This document shows positions 1 to 12,732 of a stretch of DNA of 64,000 nt, piece after piece. The stretch's first letter is position 1; the number at the start of each line of letters is the position of its first letter. The DNA is taken from contig NMRA01000167.1 of the NCBI GenBank assembly GCA_002633005.1, positions 222,432 to 286,431 of the forward strand. Reading direction: 5' to 3'. A model generated the notes under the pieces. It saw only the letters and a program-made list of their open reading frames with translations, was not told the DNA's origin and did not search any database. Position numbers and translations under genes: made by a program. This stretch comes from Phoronis australis (Eukaryota; Animalia; Phoronida).

Positions 1-2481
1 TTTAGAATAGTGCATAAAAATGGCACATGAAACTTTCATTTTAGTTTGATGAACCATGTCTTAAGATGTGACATTACGAAACATAAGTCCGTCATTTATT
101 GACTGTGAACATCGTTTTCAATGAGTTTACCACGATGATGTCCATCACCCTCCCATGGATATCCAATCAGAGTCACAGCTGAGTAAAAATTCCCCAGGAT
201 TTCAACGGGCCAAGTTGGTACACCATTCGAAGCAGTCCTTTTCAGTTAAGTACAGTCTCTTGCAAGAGGGAACTAGTTCTCAAACTTCAAGACATTTTTA
301 CATCTATAAAAGCCAACCCTGCCATGTAACTAAGTAGCCTCTCATAATAAGTCTCATATTGACTGAGTCTTTCCAAGACACCATACACATGCATAGCTGA
401 CCTCTGCATTTGAGGTCAGAATCCCTTCACTCAGACACAGGGGGCAATGACCTGAATGATATGATGTCTCTGCATCTGCCAAGAAGCCACCCTTTGAATA
501 ATACAGACAAAAATTGAGAGCTACATAGCATGGCAGTAAACTGTGAAGCCAATGGGTAATGGAAAGCTCCATTCAGGCATTGAACTACAAAGATTCTCAA
601 GAATTAGACCTACGGAATATGGACTAGACAAGAGTCAAACTTACCTTGACACTGGTTGAATATTGCCTGTTGGTCTGGTGACACGCCAAGACACTGTTCA
701 GCAGTGGTGAATGGGTAATCGCTATGTAAGACAGTGTGGTGAAGTCTCGACACTTGCCAACAGTTTTCAGATATGTTGGCACTACTTTCCTGGCATAAGC
801 CAACATATGTGGCCTATTTAACACCACAGCCATGTTGGTTACTGCTGACCTCCTTAAAACTAGGTCAAGATAGGTCAAATAGGTCAATGTGGTATGCCCA
901 GACTTAGAAATGAGGCTGATGGCCAACACAGCACTGTGGTATAAAAGAATAACAAAACATCTAATAAAGTGCTGCACCAAAATTTCTACGTCAATCGTGC
1001 TGACTTGACTTCAATTTTGAAATATCAAAAATGTAAATTGACATCTCAAAATATGCAGAAGTGAAAATACCTTGTAACCAGGGCTCCCCCTCCCTACAAA
1101 AGTGATGGAACAAAAAAAAAATTGTTCAAGCAGTGGATTTCTATGTACTGTAGAAAATGTGGAAAAATAAAACTATAAGGCAATTCAAGACTTCAAAAGA
1201 ATTGATGCACCAATACAACAGTACATGATATTATCCACAACTCGTAAAATTTTATTTCGATCACAGGCACATAATGACGATAGTTGATACCCAGGGAAAG
1301 TGTTACGTGAAGCAGCTCCAGACAAAAGGGATACACAGTCAAGGGGTATGAATGTGATCCAACAGAATATTCTAATACTTATACTTCTCAAAATAGGGAT
1401 AGAAAATAAATAGCCTTAATGTGTTCGGTAATTGGGTTATATTCAGGAAACTGTATCTCACTTATCATGTAACTGGGCAAACTTATATTTTAAGAAAACT
1501 GGAGAAGGCTTCGTACACACACACACACACACACGAACACATGCTGTGCCTTTGCCGATGTACTACTATGTTAATGTTCTAAAAACATGTTGAATACTAC
1601 TTCGTGAACACACGGTACTTCATTTCCACGAATTTGACTTGCACCGGTACCCCTGCCATAATTTTTCAAAGTACTATCGGTACTTGAGTACTGGCGTAAC
1701 TACACCCTTATTCAGGGGTTGGGTACAACAAGGCTGCAGCATGAACATAACTTTGACTTCTAATTTGAAAAACAGCTCACAAGCCTGATAAACACATTTT
1801 GCCGAATCGCTTGTGTCTGAATTCATTAAAACAGCTCACTGTCTGCCAAATACGGTGTCACCCAAGTTCACAAAACAGCTTTCACACCTCAGAAACACAG
1901 TTGATACTCAAAGACTCATGCCCATACTCACAAACAAGGAATACATATCCCAAAACAAGGTTTACCAACTCACTAACTTGTTCCTGAAGTTACAAACACT
2001 GTGCACATACTCCATGCCCGAGTATGGTGTTGAGTAATTTTTGTACGTCAGTAGTGTCATTTTCGAGTGCACAAGCTATGTGGTGAGTTTGACAACGAGT
2101 TTTGCGATTGACTGAGTGGGTGAACTGAGGTTACCACGAGTTGCGTAACTTATAGTTGAGGAACCATATTAACGAGTGTAGCAGCCATGTTGTTTCCACC
2201 TCTTGTAATTCAATACAATTATATATTAACTTCCCTTACAATGTCCTGTTTAATAAAATTTTGTCATATTTCTCAAGTAAAAGTGCTGACAAAACAATTA
2301 TAAATCATCCTGACAGGTTTTTGACTAGTCATTATACTCGTTTACCCATTCCAAATTGATGTTTTCAAGGAAAGATGTCAGTATGTACATACTAATATGG
2401 CACATACGTTTGAGAAAACGAAAAACAATCATTCCAAAGTAAATGTGCATACAAGCTTCCAAGAAGACCATGCACAATCTC

Positions 2482-2830
2482 TGGTAAAAGTTTCCAGTCT
2501 ACAATTATAAAATTTGGGATAACAAAATTCGTGTCAAAATTGAATCTTCTCGATTCTGAAGATTGGGACATGTGCTATTGACATTCACCACAATTCACAA
2601 AATTGAAGACTATATTTTGGATCAACAGTCTGAAGCCAGACTTGGCAGTTCACAAAATTGTCGAAAATAGTCACCTACACAGTTCGCCTTTTTGGGACAC
2701 CACCGTGGATAACGTCAAGGCAAATGATCTTTTTGTGTTGATAGTAATTTTTGAATTTGCGACAGCCAATACTGTTCCCTTCTACAATTAGGTACAATTA
2801 ATTGTTCACTGTCCCAAATTGTAGAGTTTT
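2482..2830. mobile_element. Degenerate copy of the MITE family also at 24998-25330 and 54105-54409 (boundaries approximate)
   Basis: Shares blocks such as aaaatttggga, gattctgaagattgggaca and tcccaaatt with the other copies. Confidence 0.55.
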
Positions 2831-2903
2831 TATCATGACAGTAACACCTCACTTCCTTGAATGCAAGCACAGCGTTCTCTGTTCAGTAATGGACACCACT
2901 TAC

Positions 2904-3167
2904 CATGTCGCCTTTGAAGATTTTCCACTCTTTGATCGGTTCCACGTAGTACTTTGGATTACGTTTACCTATAGAGTTGTTCAACTTAAACTGATCTGTC
3001 CATGGCCTATTCTCATCATAATAAAATTCATGTGGCTTTCTGTAAATTCCCTTAAATCCCACCAAAGGTCCTTTCCAAGCTCTCCATCCTGAGAACATCT
3101 GACGCTCCAAGTATCGTTTCCAGTAGCCATAGCTTTGTTGCATCAAAGACGGATTCATGCGCACCAT
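2904..3167 (-). CDS. MRPL24: Mitochondrial ribosomal protein L24 (uL24m), first coding exon; downstream exons not found in the window
   Basis: Translation ...YYDENRPWTDQF...YYVEPIKEWKIFKGDM resembles animal MRPL24 as recalled (NRPWT and VEPI..W..F.GD just before the KOW motif). Ends at donor ATG|gtaagt; a tttcag acceptor-like site lies 9 nt upstream of the ATG. Confidence 0.88.
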
Positions 3168-3874
3168 TTCTAAACTCTGAAACCAAATCAGTTCGGATCA
3201 CATTAGCAATGTACCTCAGACGCACAAATATTCTAATACTCTGTTTACACATGGCACAAAAATCAGGAGCAACTTGAATTAGAGGTAATGCAGGGTTTCA
3301 AAAACTGTCAGTTCGTTTTTGCTTACGACGTAGCTCTTCATGTTGGGTTGTCATGGCATGTCCATTTTATGTACTAAGCACGGTCTCAACAAGTAACTGT
3401 TCTTTACAAACCCAAAAATCATTTCTCATCTCAGTAAGCGATAAACCGAGGCCAATTTTGTAGCCACTTTAATAGTAAGGTGTTTAAACACGTTNTCGTT
3501 TCCAGTAGCCATAGCTTTGTTGCATCAAAGACGGATTCATGCGCACCATTTCTAAACTCTGAAACCAAATCAGTTCGGATCACATTAGCAATGTACCTCA
3601 GATGCACAAATATTCTAATACTCTTTACACATGGCACAAAAATCAGGAGCAACTTGAATTAGAGGTAATGCAGGGTTTCAAAAACTGTCAGTTCGTTTTT
3701 GCTTACGACGTAGCTCTTCATGTTGGGTTGTCATGGCATGTCCATTTTATGTACTAAGCACGGTCTCAACAAATAACTGTTCTTTACAAACCCAAAAATC
3801 ATTTCTCATCTCAGTAAGCGATAAACCGAGGCCAATTTTGTAGCCACTTTAATAGTAAGGTGTTTAAACACGTT
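3114..3874. repeat. About 380-bp near-identical direct duplication split by a single N (3114-3494 / 3496-3874); probable haplotype-overlap assembly artefact
   Basis: The copies differ by a 2-bp indel and about 2 substitutions; the N at 3495 is exactly at the junction. Confidence 0.9.
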
Positions 3875-5054
3875 GACATATATTCAGTTTAAAAACTGGA
3901 TACACGTAACAGTAATGGAATCGTGTTATGGTAAGAACTAGGAAGGGACCGATTTTATGAAATGAAAAGGCTGAAATTGACTTCCATGTTTAGTCAGTTA
4001 TACAGGACTAAATGCAGTTTGAACTCATAATTATAGGTAAAACATTACCTTCTCTGTTTTACTCAAATGTGCATGACAGTCAGAGAATCTTTTCAAATCA
4101 CTGACTTTTGAGACTCACAACGGCCCAGCCATATTGTGGACTAGTGTTAGTTTGGTTCCATAGGATGACATCCTCAGAATCGTGTAACTTACAATTTCAT
4201 TGGAAAATCATTTTCTTACATTAAGTGGCTCATTTGATTGGCTATTTGTACCCATTCTAGGATCTTGTTTGAACTACACCTGCAAAGCTGTATAAATATG
4301 CACAGCTTTGCACCCCACGAGGGTAAAAAAATGGCCAAATAAAATCTGACACATAATTAGTGTTACTAAAAACTCCACTCTTCCTTGAGTACACTTATTT
4401 ATTGGTGTTAGAAAAGCTGGCATTCTACAGATGTTCTGCTGCTAAAATTGTGGTGCTATCTTATGCATCTGCTTTCGGCGCCATGAAACTTAGCTTCACC
4501 TATTGACCAGTTTCTTTTTTCCCCGATTCTCCAATCAACTGTTCTTCTTCCACACGGTTGTGTTCACTAGGTTATAAGTTTTCAAAATTTTGATACTGGT
4601 TTCAAACTGAATTTCAGACCAAATTTCGCTGTGGCTAAGCTGTCAGCATCACCCTCTCCTTAAAAATGTTGCAAAAAAAGCAAATGGCCAGTGCATATTT
4701 CACATAAGTACTGTTTTCAGGTTGACTTTTCTATGAAACTCAGAAAATTATACAAGAAAATGAAGTTTTTGAGATTGTTTTTTACTTAAATGACTGTAAT
4801 GGGCAAAATGGGTGTCGGTTGACCCACAGACTTTGCATGCACCCCTGCAGGTCGTTAGCTCTAATTGTTGATATAAGTTTCACCACGAGGTGACGAGCAG
4901 AACTAACCGGGCGGTGTGAAATCTCGATGTCTATTTGAGATTAACACACAGCAGCACTTTGACATTAGTAATCATACAGATCAGCTGTTTGGGTGGTGAT
5001 AGTCAAGAGAACAGCCCCTCCACTACCTCCCTTCAATCCTTTACAACTGTGCTT

Positions 5055-5106
5055 GTGTGTGTGTATCTGTCTGTCTGTCTGTGTGTGTGTGCGTCTGTGT
5101 GTGTGT
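5055..5106. repeat. (GT)/(CTGT) microsatellite ending at a gap N
   Basis: Seen directly; N at 5107. Confidence 0.85.
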
Positions 5107-5766
5107 NATCTTTATTTATTCCTGAGAACAGTTGTTTTTTTTTTTGGTACAAAATTTGTCCGCGATAAAATGCATTTTCTTCAGGTCAAAAAATGTCCGC
5201 TAGATCAAGCATTTAATAATCGTGAATGTGTTTACCAGCTCTGATAAAATTAAACTAACCCAAGGATTACTCTGGCAATACATTTATTTACGATTATGTA
5301 ATTATGGGAAAAAAAATCCATGAGCTTATAGAATGTCTGTAAAAACACACAATTTCTGGAGATAGCATATTCATGCGCACTTGGTTTATCACAACCAGTC
5401 GTCTCCCAGGCTTGATTTCCATGCAGTTATTCACTGTATTATTTTTGCAGATAGAGGTGTTCAAGTGATCGTAATTTTGATGTGTGCAGGTTAATGCAAA
5501 TCAAGTGTTATATATATGACTAAATTCTACACTATCAAGTAACAGTGTACGAACTTCCAACCCTGGTACTCGCCAAATCGGACCCTGCATCTTATACCCT
5601 TAGTTTTTGACCTAATGACATCAAGTAGTGGCCCAGATCCTAGGCAATGAGCCCAGTGAATGCTTTAGATCATGAGTTCCCTGATAGGTTAAAAATTGCA
5701 AATGGTGGAGTGGCAAGTGAAAAGTCGGATATTCGAGTGAATGAGTTCTTTTGAAAGGCTAGGTTA

Positions 5767-7191
5767 TTGTTTACAATCCGACTCAATTAACATACATACT
5801 TGATACTGCCATTTTGTTAATCCTCTAGTCACAGTGATTCTAAAAGTATATTACTGATTGGACGCTTCTTATTCATAATTTCGCATTTGCGACCTGAAAT
5901 TTGGAAATGCGAGCTGAGATTTTTACCAGCTCATATCAAGTTGCAAAATGCGACCTGGAATTTCCAACGTACACGAGCTGAGTTTTTACATTTCTTGGCA
6001 GATACCTAGCAAATATAAAGCAGCTTGTGTGAATCCGACCGTTACTTGGTTGTTGCTAAATCAAGTTCAAAAGAACACTAACCGAGAACAGCCTTACCGA
6101 TGACTTCAAAGCATGTCGCGTGAACATGGGAAAATGCAAACGTGTTTCATTGGCTAACATTTTCTGCTACAGGATGTTTTCCAAACGTCGTTTAAGTTGC
6201 AAAGTTTGGGTTGTGAACAAAAAATGGAGGGATTTGCACTCGGAGTTAATTGGAATCTTTAACGATTTTGAGGAGTCATACAGCAGGTGAGACCTAACAA
6301 ATTCGCGGATTCTTTTTCAACAAGTACTTTTGTCATTTTTACATTGCAAGCTTAGCTACTCAAATGCACATGTCGGTTAGACAGCACGGATTCAACTTTC
6401 ACGTTGGCAACTAGCCTTGCACTCTTAACCTCTACAGCCTTTCAATGGCGGTCGTGAAGAACATTTATTCGGTATCTGAATGTAAGAACTCAATTTTGCG
6501 TAGGTAAAAGCATAATATAAACATTTTTTCGATGATCTAAAAAGTCAATTTTGGCTTGTAAAATGGCTGAAAAGTTTGCAACCTGGCATTTATGATTGCG
6601 AGCTGGATTTTGAAAATGCGACCTCGGATTTCGGCTAAGTCGCAAAATGCGACTTGGCGATTTTCATAGCGTCGAGCCCTGTTATTACCTAATTTCACAT
6701 GTTTGAAACAGTTTTTATCCCTGAGACAACACGTGGCTGTTACAACACCAGCTGAAATCATATCCGCAAGATGTCAAGTGTTTTCGAGGATGTCATTTGT
6801 CCGTGAGAACACACACTCGCGTGTTTTTTCTGAAGAAGAAGCTTTGAAGAGGAAATCCTAAATATAAATGACTGTTACTGTTTTTTACTCAGTTTCCCTA
6901 ATGTGCCATGCGGTATCTTCAATATACTAGCCAATTTTGGGGTCTTTTGACACACGTGTGATCATTGTAATTATTATCATTGCTGCCGAGAGGTGTCGCA
7001 GATTTACAATGGCGGTCACTCGAGATCGGCTGCCACAAATGAACACCTCGTAAAGACAGTGAATGCATGAATAAGAAGAGCCTAATCGGTACAAGTAATA
7101 CCTTTTTGGAATCACCATGATCAGCATGGCGAGAGGATTCAGACAATATTAATATCAAGCATGTACATTAATGGAGATGGATTGTAAACAA
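5767..7191. mobile_element. Non-autonomous DNA element with about 110-bp degenerate terminal inverted repeats, enclosing gcgagctg/gcgacct-repeat sequence also present at about 16480-16770
   Basis: Left ttgtttacaatccgactcaattaacatacatacttgata...cttcttattcat mirrors right atgaataagaag...atcaagcatgtacattaatggagatggattgtaaacaa. Confidence 0.6.
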
Positions 7192-7436
7192 AGATCGCAA
7201 TTTCGAAGTGTACAAAATAATATTTGATGTGTGTTATGTCTATGGCACTTGATTATACACTTTTACTGAGCAGACTTCAGTTACTGATTCAGTGATTGAT
7301 AAATAAAATGAACTTTTCTGAACTGAGAGGTATCATAAACTATCATTCATTGACGTCGGACTATTATTTGAAGAGATATGAAGGACTGAAGTGAAGCCGA
7401 AGAGAGGTAGTGGAGCGGAGGGGCCACCCGTTCTCT

Positions 7437-7544
7437 CCACAGGCGTTCTCAGCTTCTGATCAGTCCCCAATATACTATATAATCCTCAGCTTCTGAGTAT
7501 TATATAGTATATTGAGGATGATCAGAAGCTGAGGACGCCTGTGG
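7437..7544. repeat. 108-bp near-perfect palindrome flanked by ttctct direct repeats
   Basis: About 50-bp arms ccacaggcg...tatactatataatcctcag and its reverse complement, with few mismatches. Confidence 0.9.
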
Positions 7545-9118
7545 TTCTCTCCACGTCGGACTTTGCTGACAACTGGCACAAGTTTACAACACTGACACTG
7601 TCACGGTGTTTCTTAAGAAACACTATTAAAAAGTAAAAAGTTGGTCACTGAGTCGAAGCATATGTATCACGGAGAGTCATAGTACTGCTCAGCGAACACT
7701 TACGTGAAATGGACACCGAAATCATTCATACGAAAACAACTCGGTGCTCAGGTAATTTGCTTCATGCTCTATGTACAAAAGGTCAAGGACAACAGAACAA
7801 CTGCGCTATTAGCGTCAATTTTAAGAACTAAACAAGCTAGAAGTTTCCGCCGGCGGCACTGATGCGCGTGATCTTGGAATACACAAGGAAACTTGACAAC
7901 GAGTTCATTCAAATAATCACGTTCACGTTGATAAAAATTTCACTGCACTAAATCAAGTTGGGTCTTAATAAAAAGCAAATTTTAACCAACTATTGGCTAT
8001 CTTATTTACCAAAAAATGACTGAATTCAAATATTCCTCCGTCGGCAATTCTTTGATGCAAGCGGCTAAAAGGAGGAAATGGGTGATGCATGGGCGCACCC
8101 GGGGGGGAGGGGGGGGGGGTGCAATCGAGCAAAAAGGTCCGCCTCAGTGAAACAAAGAGTCCAAGTAAACGAGACGTTTTCCACAAAATTCACGGGAAAC
8201 TTGCCGTAGACTGGCTTTAGAATAGAATTTCGATAAGGAAGTGATCACGTGCTTAGTTTACACTTCATGGCGAAGTCTTGTTATTCCGTAATACTTTCGC
8301 ATGTACTAAACTCTCTCCTTGAATAATGAGTGCCAACTGCATAGTGGCGGAAAGTAAGCATTTTGGAAAATAACCGATGAACACTAAAACTTTGGTATTA
8401 CCAGGTTGTCAAAAAAACAACCCATTGAGTGAGGAGGAAGGTTGCCAAACTGTCACGTCCTTAAAATGTCCCGTTCTGCATACCAGGAGTTTATCAAGAC
8501 ATTTTTGGGTGTTAAATTTGTGTTACGTTGTTTTACGGAAAGAAGCTACATTTGTCCTAAATGAAAAGTTTAGTTCCTAAATACAGGTGTGTTTAAGTAA
8601 CCTTGTTATTCTGTAGTACTTACCTATACCTATCTGTAGTACTTAACTACATCCGTGAACTAAAATTTTAAAAAATTAAAAGTTTACCTTGTAACAGAAC
8701 CCAATCCTGTACTTCGTGTTGCTGACAGCGTACTGTGTATTTTCCAATTGGCAGGCTCTGCGGACTGTCCCACCTTTTTGATTTTTTCTACCTCAGTTTC
8801 TGCAACCACGTCTCACTTTTCGATGCACGGCTAAATTCAACGACATACTATCATATACTATTATAATTTCCCTCTGGTCATAGCCATATTTTCCCTCTCG
8901 ACTAAAATGGAAAAAACAAGACAGTTTCTATAGGTCATTATGCTACAGTAGCTGCGGTCTTAATCACCTAATGGGTTGTTTTGACAGTTCGTGGTATCCC
9001 AAAATTTATTAGGTATTTTCCAAAATGCTTACTTTCCGACATCATCCATTTGGCAGTTTGTGTGACGATGGTATTATTGTTAAGGAAGGAGAGAGTTCAG
9101 TTTTAACTGACCTCAAAT

Positions 9119-9810
9119 ATCTAATTTAGCTCAAATTTTCAATGGCATACGGTGCACGGTTGACACTTTGGGGGTTTCTCGCTGGCACAACCCGTGGCCA
9201 GAATGTATTTTGTCTGTCATTGGGCATTTAGTGATCAGTGACGTGTATTGAATCACATGGAGTTGGTTTTTGTGGTACCTCGAATGTATGAGACAGCTCA
9301 TTTTTAGATGTCCTTTTTGAATTTCTGAGTGGCAGACCCTTTCCAGAGTGCAATTTGTCTGTCATGGTTCATTCGGTGTTCACTAAGTGCAGTAATAGTG
9401 TTCGACCTTGATTATCTAATCTAGCTCAATTTTTCGATGGCACACCGTGGTTGGCATTTTTGTTTTTTTTTTCTGGCGAGCACAACCCAGAGTGTATTTC
9501 GTCTGTCATCGGGCATTTAGTGATCTGTGACATGCATTGGAACACATGGAATTGTTTTTGTGATACCTCGAATGTATGAGCTAGCTCATTTTTGGGGGGC
9601 CTTTTTGGGTTCTGGTAGACCCTTTCCAGAGCGCAATTTGTCTGTCATGGGTCATTCGGTGTTCAACGCGTCAATATTGTTCGTTTTAAATCAATATCTA
9701 ATCTATGTCTAATCTAGCTCAAATTATCAATGGCATACCGTGGTTGACATTTTTTGGGTTTCTAGCGGACCCATTCCAGAGTGCAATTTGTCTGTCATGG
9801 GTCATTCGCT
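9119..9810. repeat. Tandem satellite, about 296-bp period (about 2.4 copies) with an internal sub-repeat
   Basis: tctaat(t/c)tagctcaa recurs at about 9120, 9416 and 9708; cagagtgyaatttgtctgtcat-like blocks recur about twice per unit. Confidence 0.8.
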
Positions 9811-11419
9811 CATCAGTGGCGCTGTGCCTACAACTAGTGTACATCCGAGTGCGGGACATCTCGGATTGTTCTGCACATATAAGCTCGTGCTATATGGCAA
9901 AATATTTTGAGCTTATTCATTGAAGACTGGCTGCTTTTATAAATTTCACACTCCGTACTTTTCCCGTTTTCACTCCATTTCCCAGCTCAGTCATTAGGAA
10001 CCGTATCGGGCCCGTAGTTAGACAATCATTCTCTAGATCAAACGGTGACAGGTGACGCCGTCGGTCCTTGATATAACGATTTTTGATCTAGGCTCCTATT
10101 GTGTTGTACAGCGAAGGTATTGCATTAGCGATGTCTTCACGCCAATAAAATTCTTACTGAAATAAATTAAAATGTTACAGAACTCATACTTTCGTGGAAG
10201 AAATACACTAATTTGGCCAAAACACTAGGATGGGCTTTCATGTCTTGAGGTGATGCGTGTTCACATCAGCATGTTCATTCAGCACCGTAAATAATAGCGT
10301 TTGAGTCGTGACATCGGACAAAAGACTGATCCTGGCGACTAACAAAAGAAAGATTGATATCAGGCCTCCGAAAACTGGTATGATCTGGAATACGTACTAA
10401 ACCTTAGTTATTCAATGGAAAATCTTTTCTTTGAAACAAGTCGAGTAAAAAGAATCAATTCATAAAATACTAAATACAATAACGCTTGTGTCGCACAGAT
10501 ATTGAAAACTAAGGTGCGCAGCGAAAGCAATAAGACAAGCGAATTCGTTGACTTATCGGTAGGAATCTCATGCCGATAATGGCTGAAAAATTAAGGCCCT
10601 TTCAGTTCTCGCTTTATCAAATAACCTTGACTGTCCATTTGAACCTTTCTAAATTCTCGGTCACGAACTCACAAACCTGAATTCGCACCATAATTTGTTT
10701 ACAGCCGAAGATGATTTTTTGGATTATTGCAGGTGGATGGAATAGACTTAAAAAAGTCACTGACAAGCAAAGTCGTAATGTGTCACTTTCAATTTCGGAA
10801 TTTTAGGATTGGACAATCCCAATAAACTCTATAACGTTTTTATTATTCAATGCAGTGATGATCTTGATGTTCTTGTGGGTAACGAAAATAGACCCATTTC
10901 ACGATAAAGAATGACACGATAGAGATTAGAGTAAGAGGTCAAATAGTTCGTTGAGCCTGCTAAACAAAAGGGGGCGCATGCAACTTGGCGTTTAACGCAC
11001 TTTGCTAGAAATCAGGTAGATACGGTTTGCCGTATGGGATGCACTGGGACCACCGCGCGTATCGGCATGCTCATGGAAGTCAATGTCTTGCAGTACTATA
11101 CTATTAGCAGAATTTTCAGATTATTTATTTATTTTATTTGGCGTCACCCGGAAACGTTTTGCATTGAAAGCCGGAAGCACTGAATTTAGCCTACTACTAC
11201 CGGAATCCGTTTTAGTGCCGAAACTCGGACCGTTTCACGGTGCGCGCTTTGGATCGCTAAATTTGTTAGGGAATGTTATATAAAAAGGTATGTGCAAATT
11301 GACCGCTAGTTAGAGCCTGGTTTAGCTCATCGGATACGGCCACCACCTTTCACTGAGGTCAACTCAGTTTGATAAGTCACGAGTCATAGAATAAAACTTA
11401 CCAGCGATGTTTTAACTAT

Positions 11420-12732
11420 TTTGCTTCTGAAATTGAATTCCATGTAAAAAGTTAGGTTGAAATTGTTTGAAAGAAATTCGGTGACCACTGGCCAATTAAA
11501 TGATAGACTATTGACCGGTGCCCTCGTCAGTGACGGGATTGATGGAGCCCTATGAGTTGCTAGTGGAATGAGTAGTAACTTTGGAACCCGTTCCAAGAAA
11601 CTGACTGCCTGGAGTAGTTCAATTCTGACTCAAGTCTTAAGACAAAACTTAAGTAAAAAACTTAATCAAAAACTTAAGTCAAAATAAGATCCCAGGCTCT
11701 TGAAAAACTTGACTTCATATTGGACTGAAGGTTTGTTTTATTAGCTAATTCAGTTTTCTGGAGGACTCCTGAACTGTGGTAGGAAATTGGTCTGCGAGTC
11801 GCTGGACCGCTTAACAAGGCAATACGCTCGGTTTAGTTGACGTCTGCCACGCTGCCTGGGAGGTCCGTCAGTTAGCCTACTAAATAAATGGAGTAACTCA
11901 GTTGTACTCGAGACATCTGGTGGAATCACGGTGGAACTTTTCTCTTTCTGATTTTCTCCCCTGGTATACTCTTCAACGGGTTGAAAACAACAATATTATA
12001 TTCTGTACGAACCTAAACGGAACAGTTATCGGAAGGTTGCTCTGATTAGTTTTCACTTCCCGGAAATCAANTTTGCTTCTGAAATTGAATTCCATGTAAA
12101 AAGTTAGGTTGAAATTGTTTGAAAGAAATTCGGTGACCACTGGCCAAATGATAGACTATTGCCGGACCGGTGCCCTCGTCAGAGTGACGGGATTGATGGA
12201 GCCCTATGAGTTGCTAGTCGAGTAGTAACTTTGGGACCCGTTCCAAGAAACTGACTGCCTGGAGTAGTTCAATTCTGACTCAAGTCTTAAGACAAAACTT
12301 AAGTAAAAAACTTAATCAAAACTTGACTTAAGTCAAAATAAGATCCCAGGCTCTTGAAAAACTTGACTTCCGAGTCATATTGGACTGAAGGTTTGTTTTA
12401 TTAGCTAATTCAGTTTTCTGGAGGACTCCTGAACTGTGGTAGGAAATTGGTCTGCGAGTCGCTGGACCGCTTAACAAGGCAATACGCTCGGTTTAGTTGA
12501 CGTCTGCCACGCTGCCTGGGAGGTCCGTCAGTTAGCCTACTAAATAAATGGAGTAACTCAGTTGTACTCGAGACATCTGGTGGAATCACGGTGGAACTTT
12601 TCTCTTTCTGATTTTCTCCCCTGGTATACTCTTCAACGGGTTGAAAACAACAATATTATATTCTGTACGAAAACCTAAACGGAACAGTTATCGGAAGGTT
12701 GCTCTGATTAGTTTTCACTTCCCGGAAATCAA
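11420..12732. repeat. About 655-bp near-identical direct duplication split by a single N (11420-12070 / 12072-12732); probable haplotype-overlap artefact
   Basis: The copies differ by several 1-6 bp indels; the N at 12071 is at the junction. Confidence 0.9.

Noticed and set aside
155-2800. Further MRPL24 exons or other genes in the short ORFs
   Set aside because: No KOW (GKDKGKQG-like) segment or other recognisable motif was found; ORF lengths fit chance.
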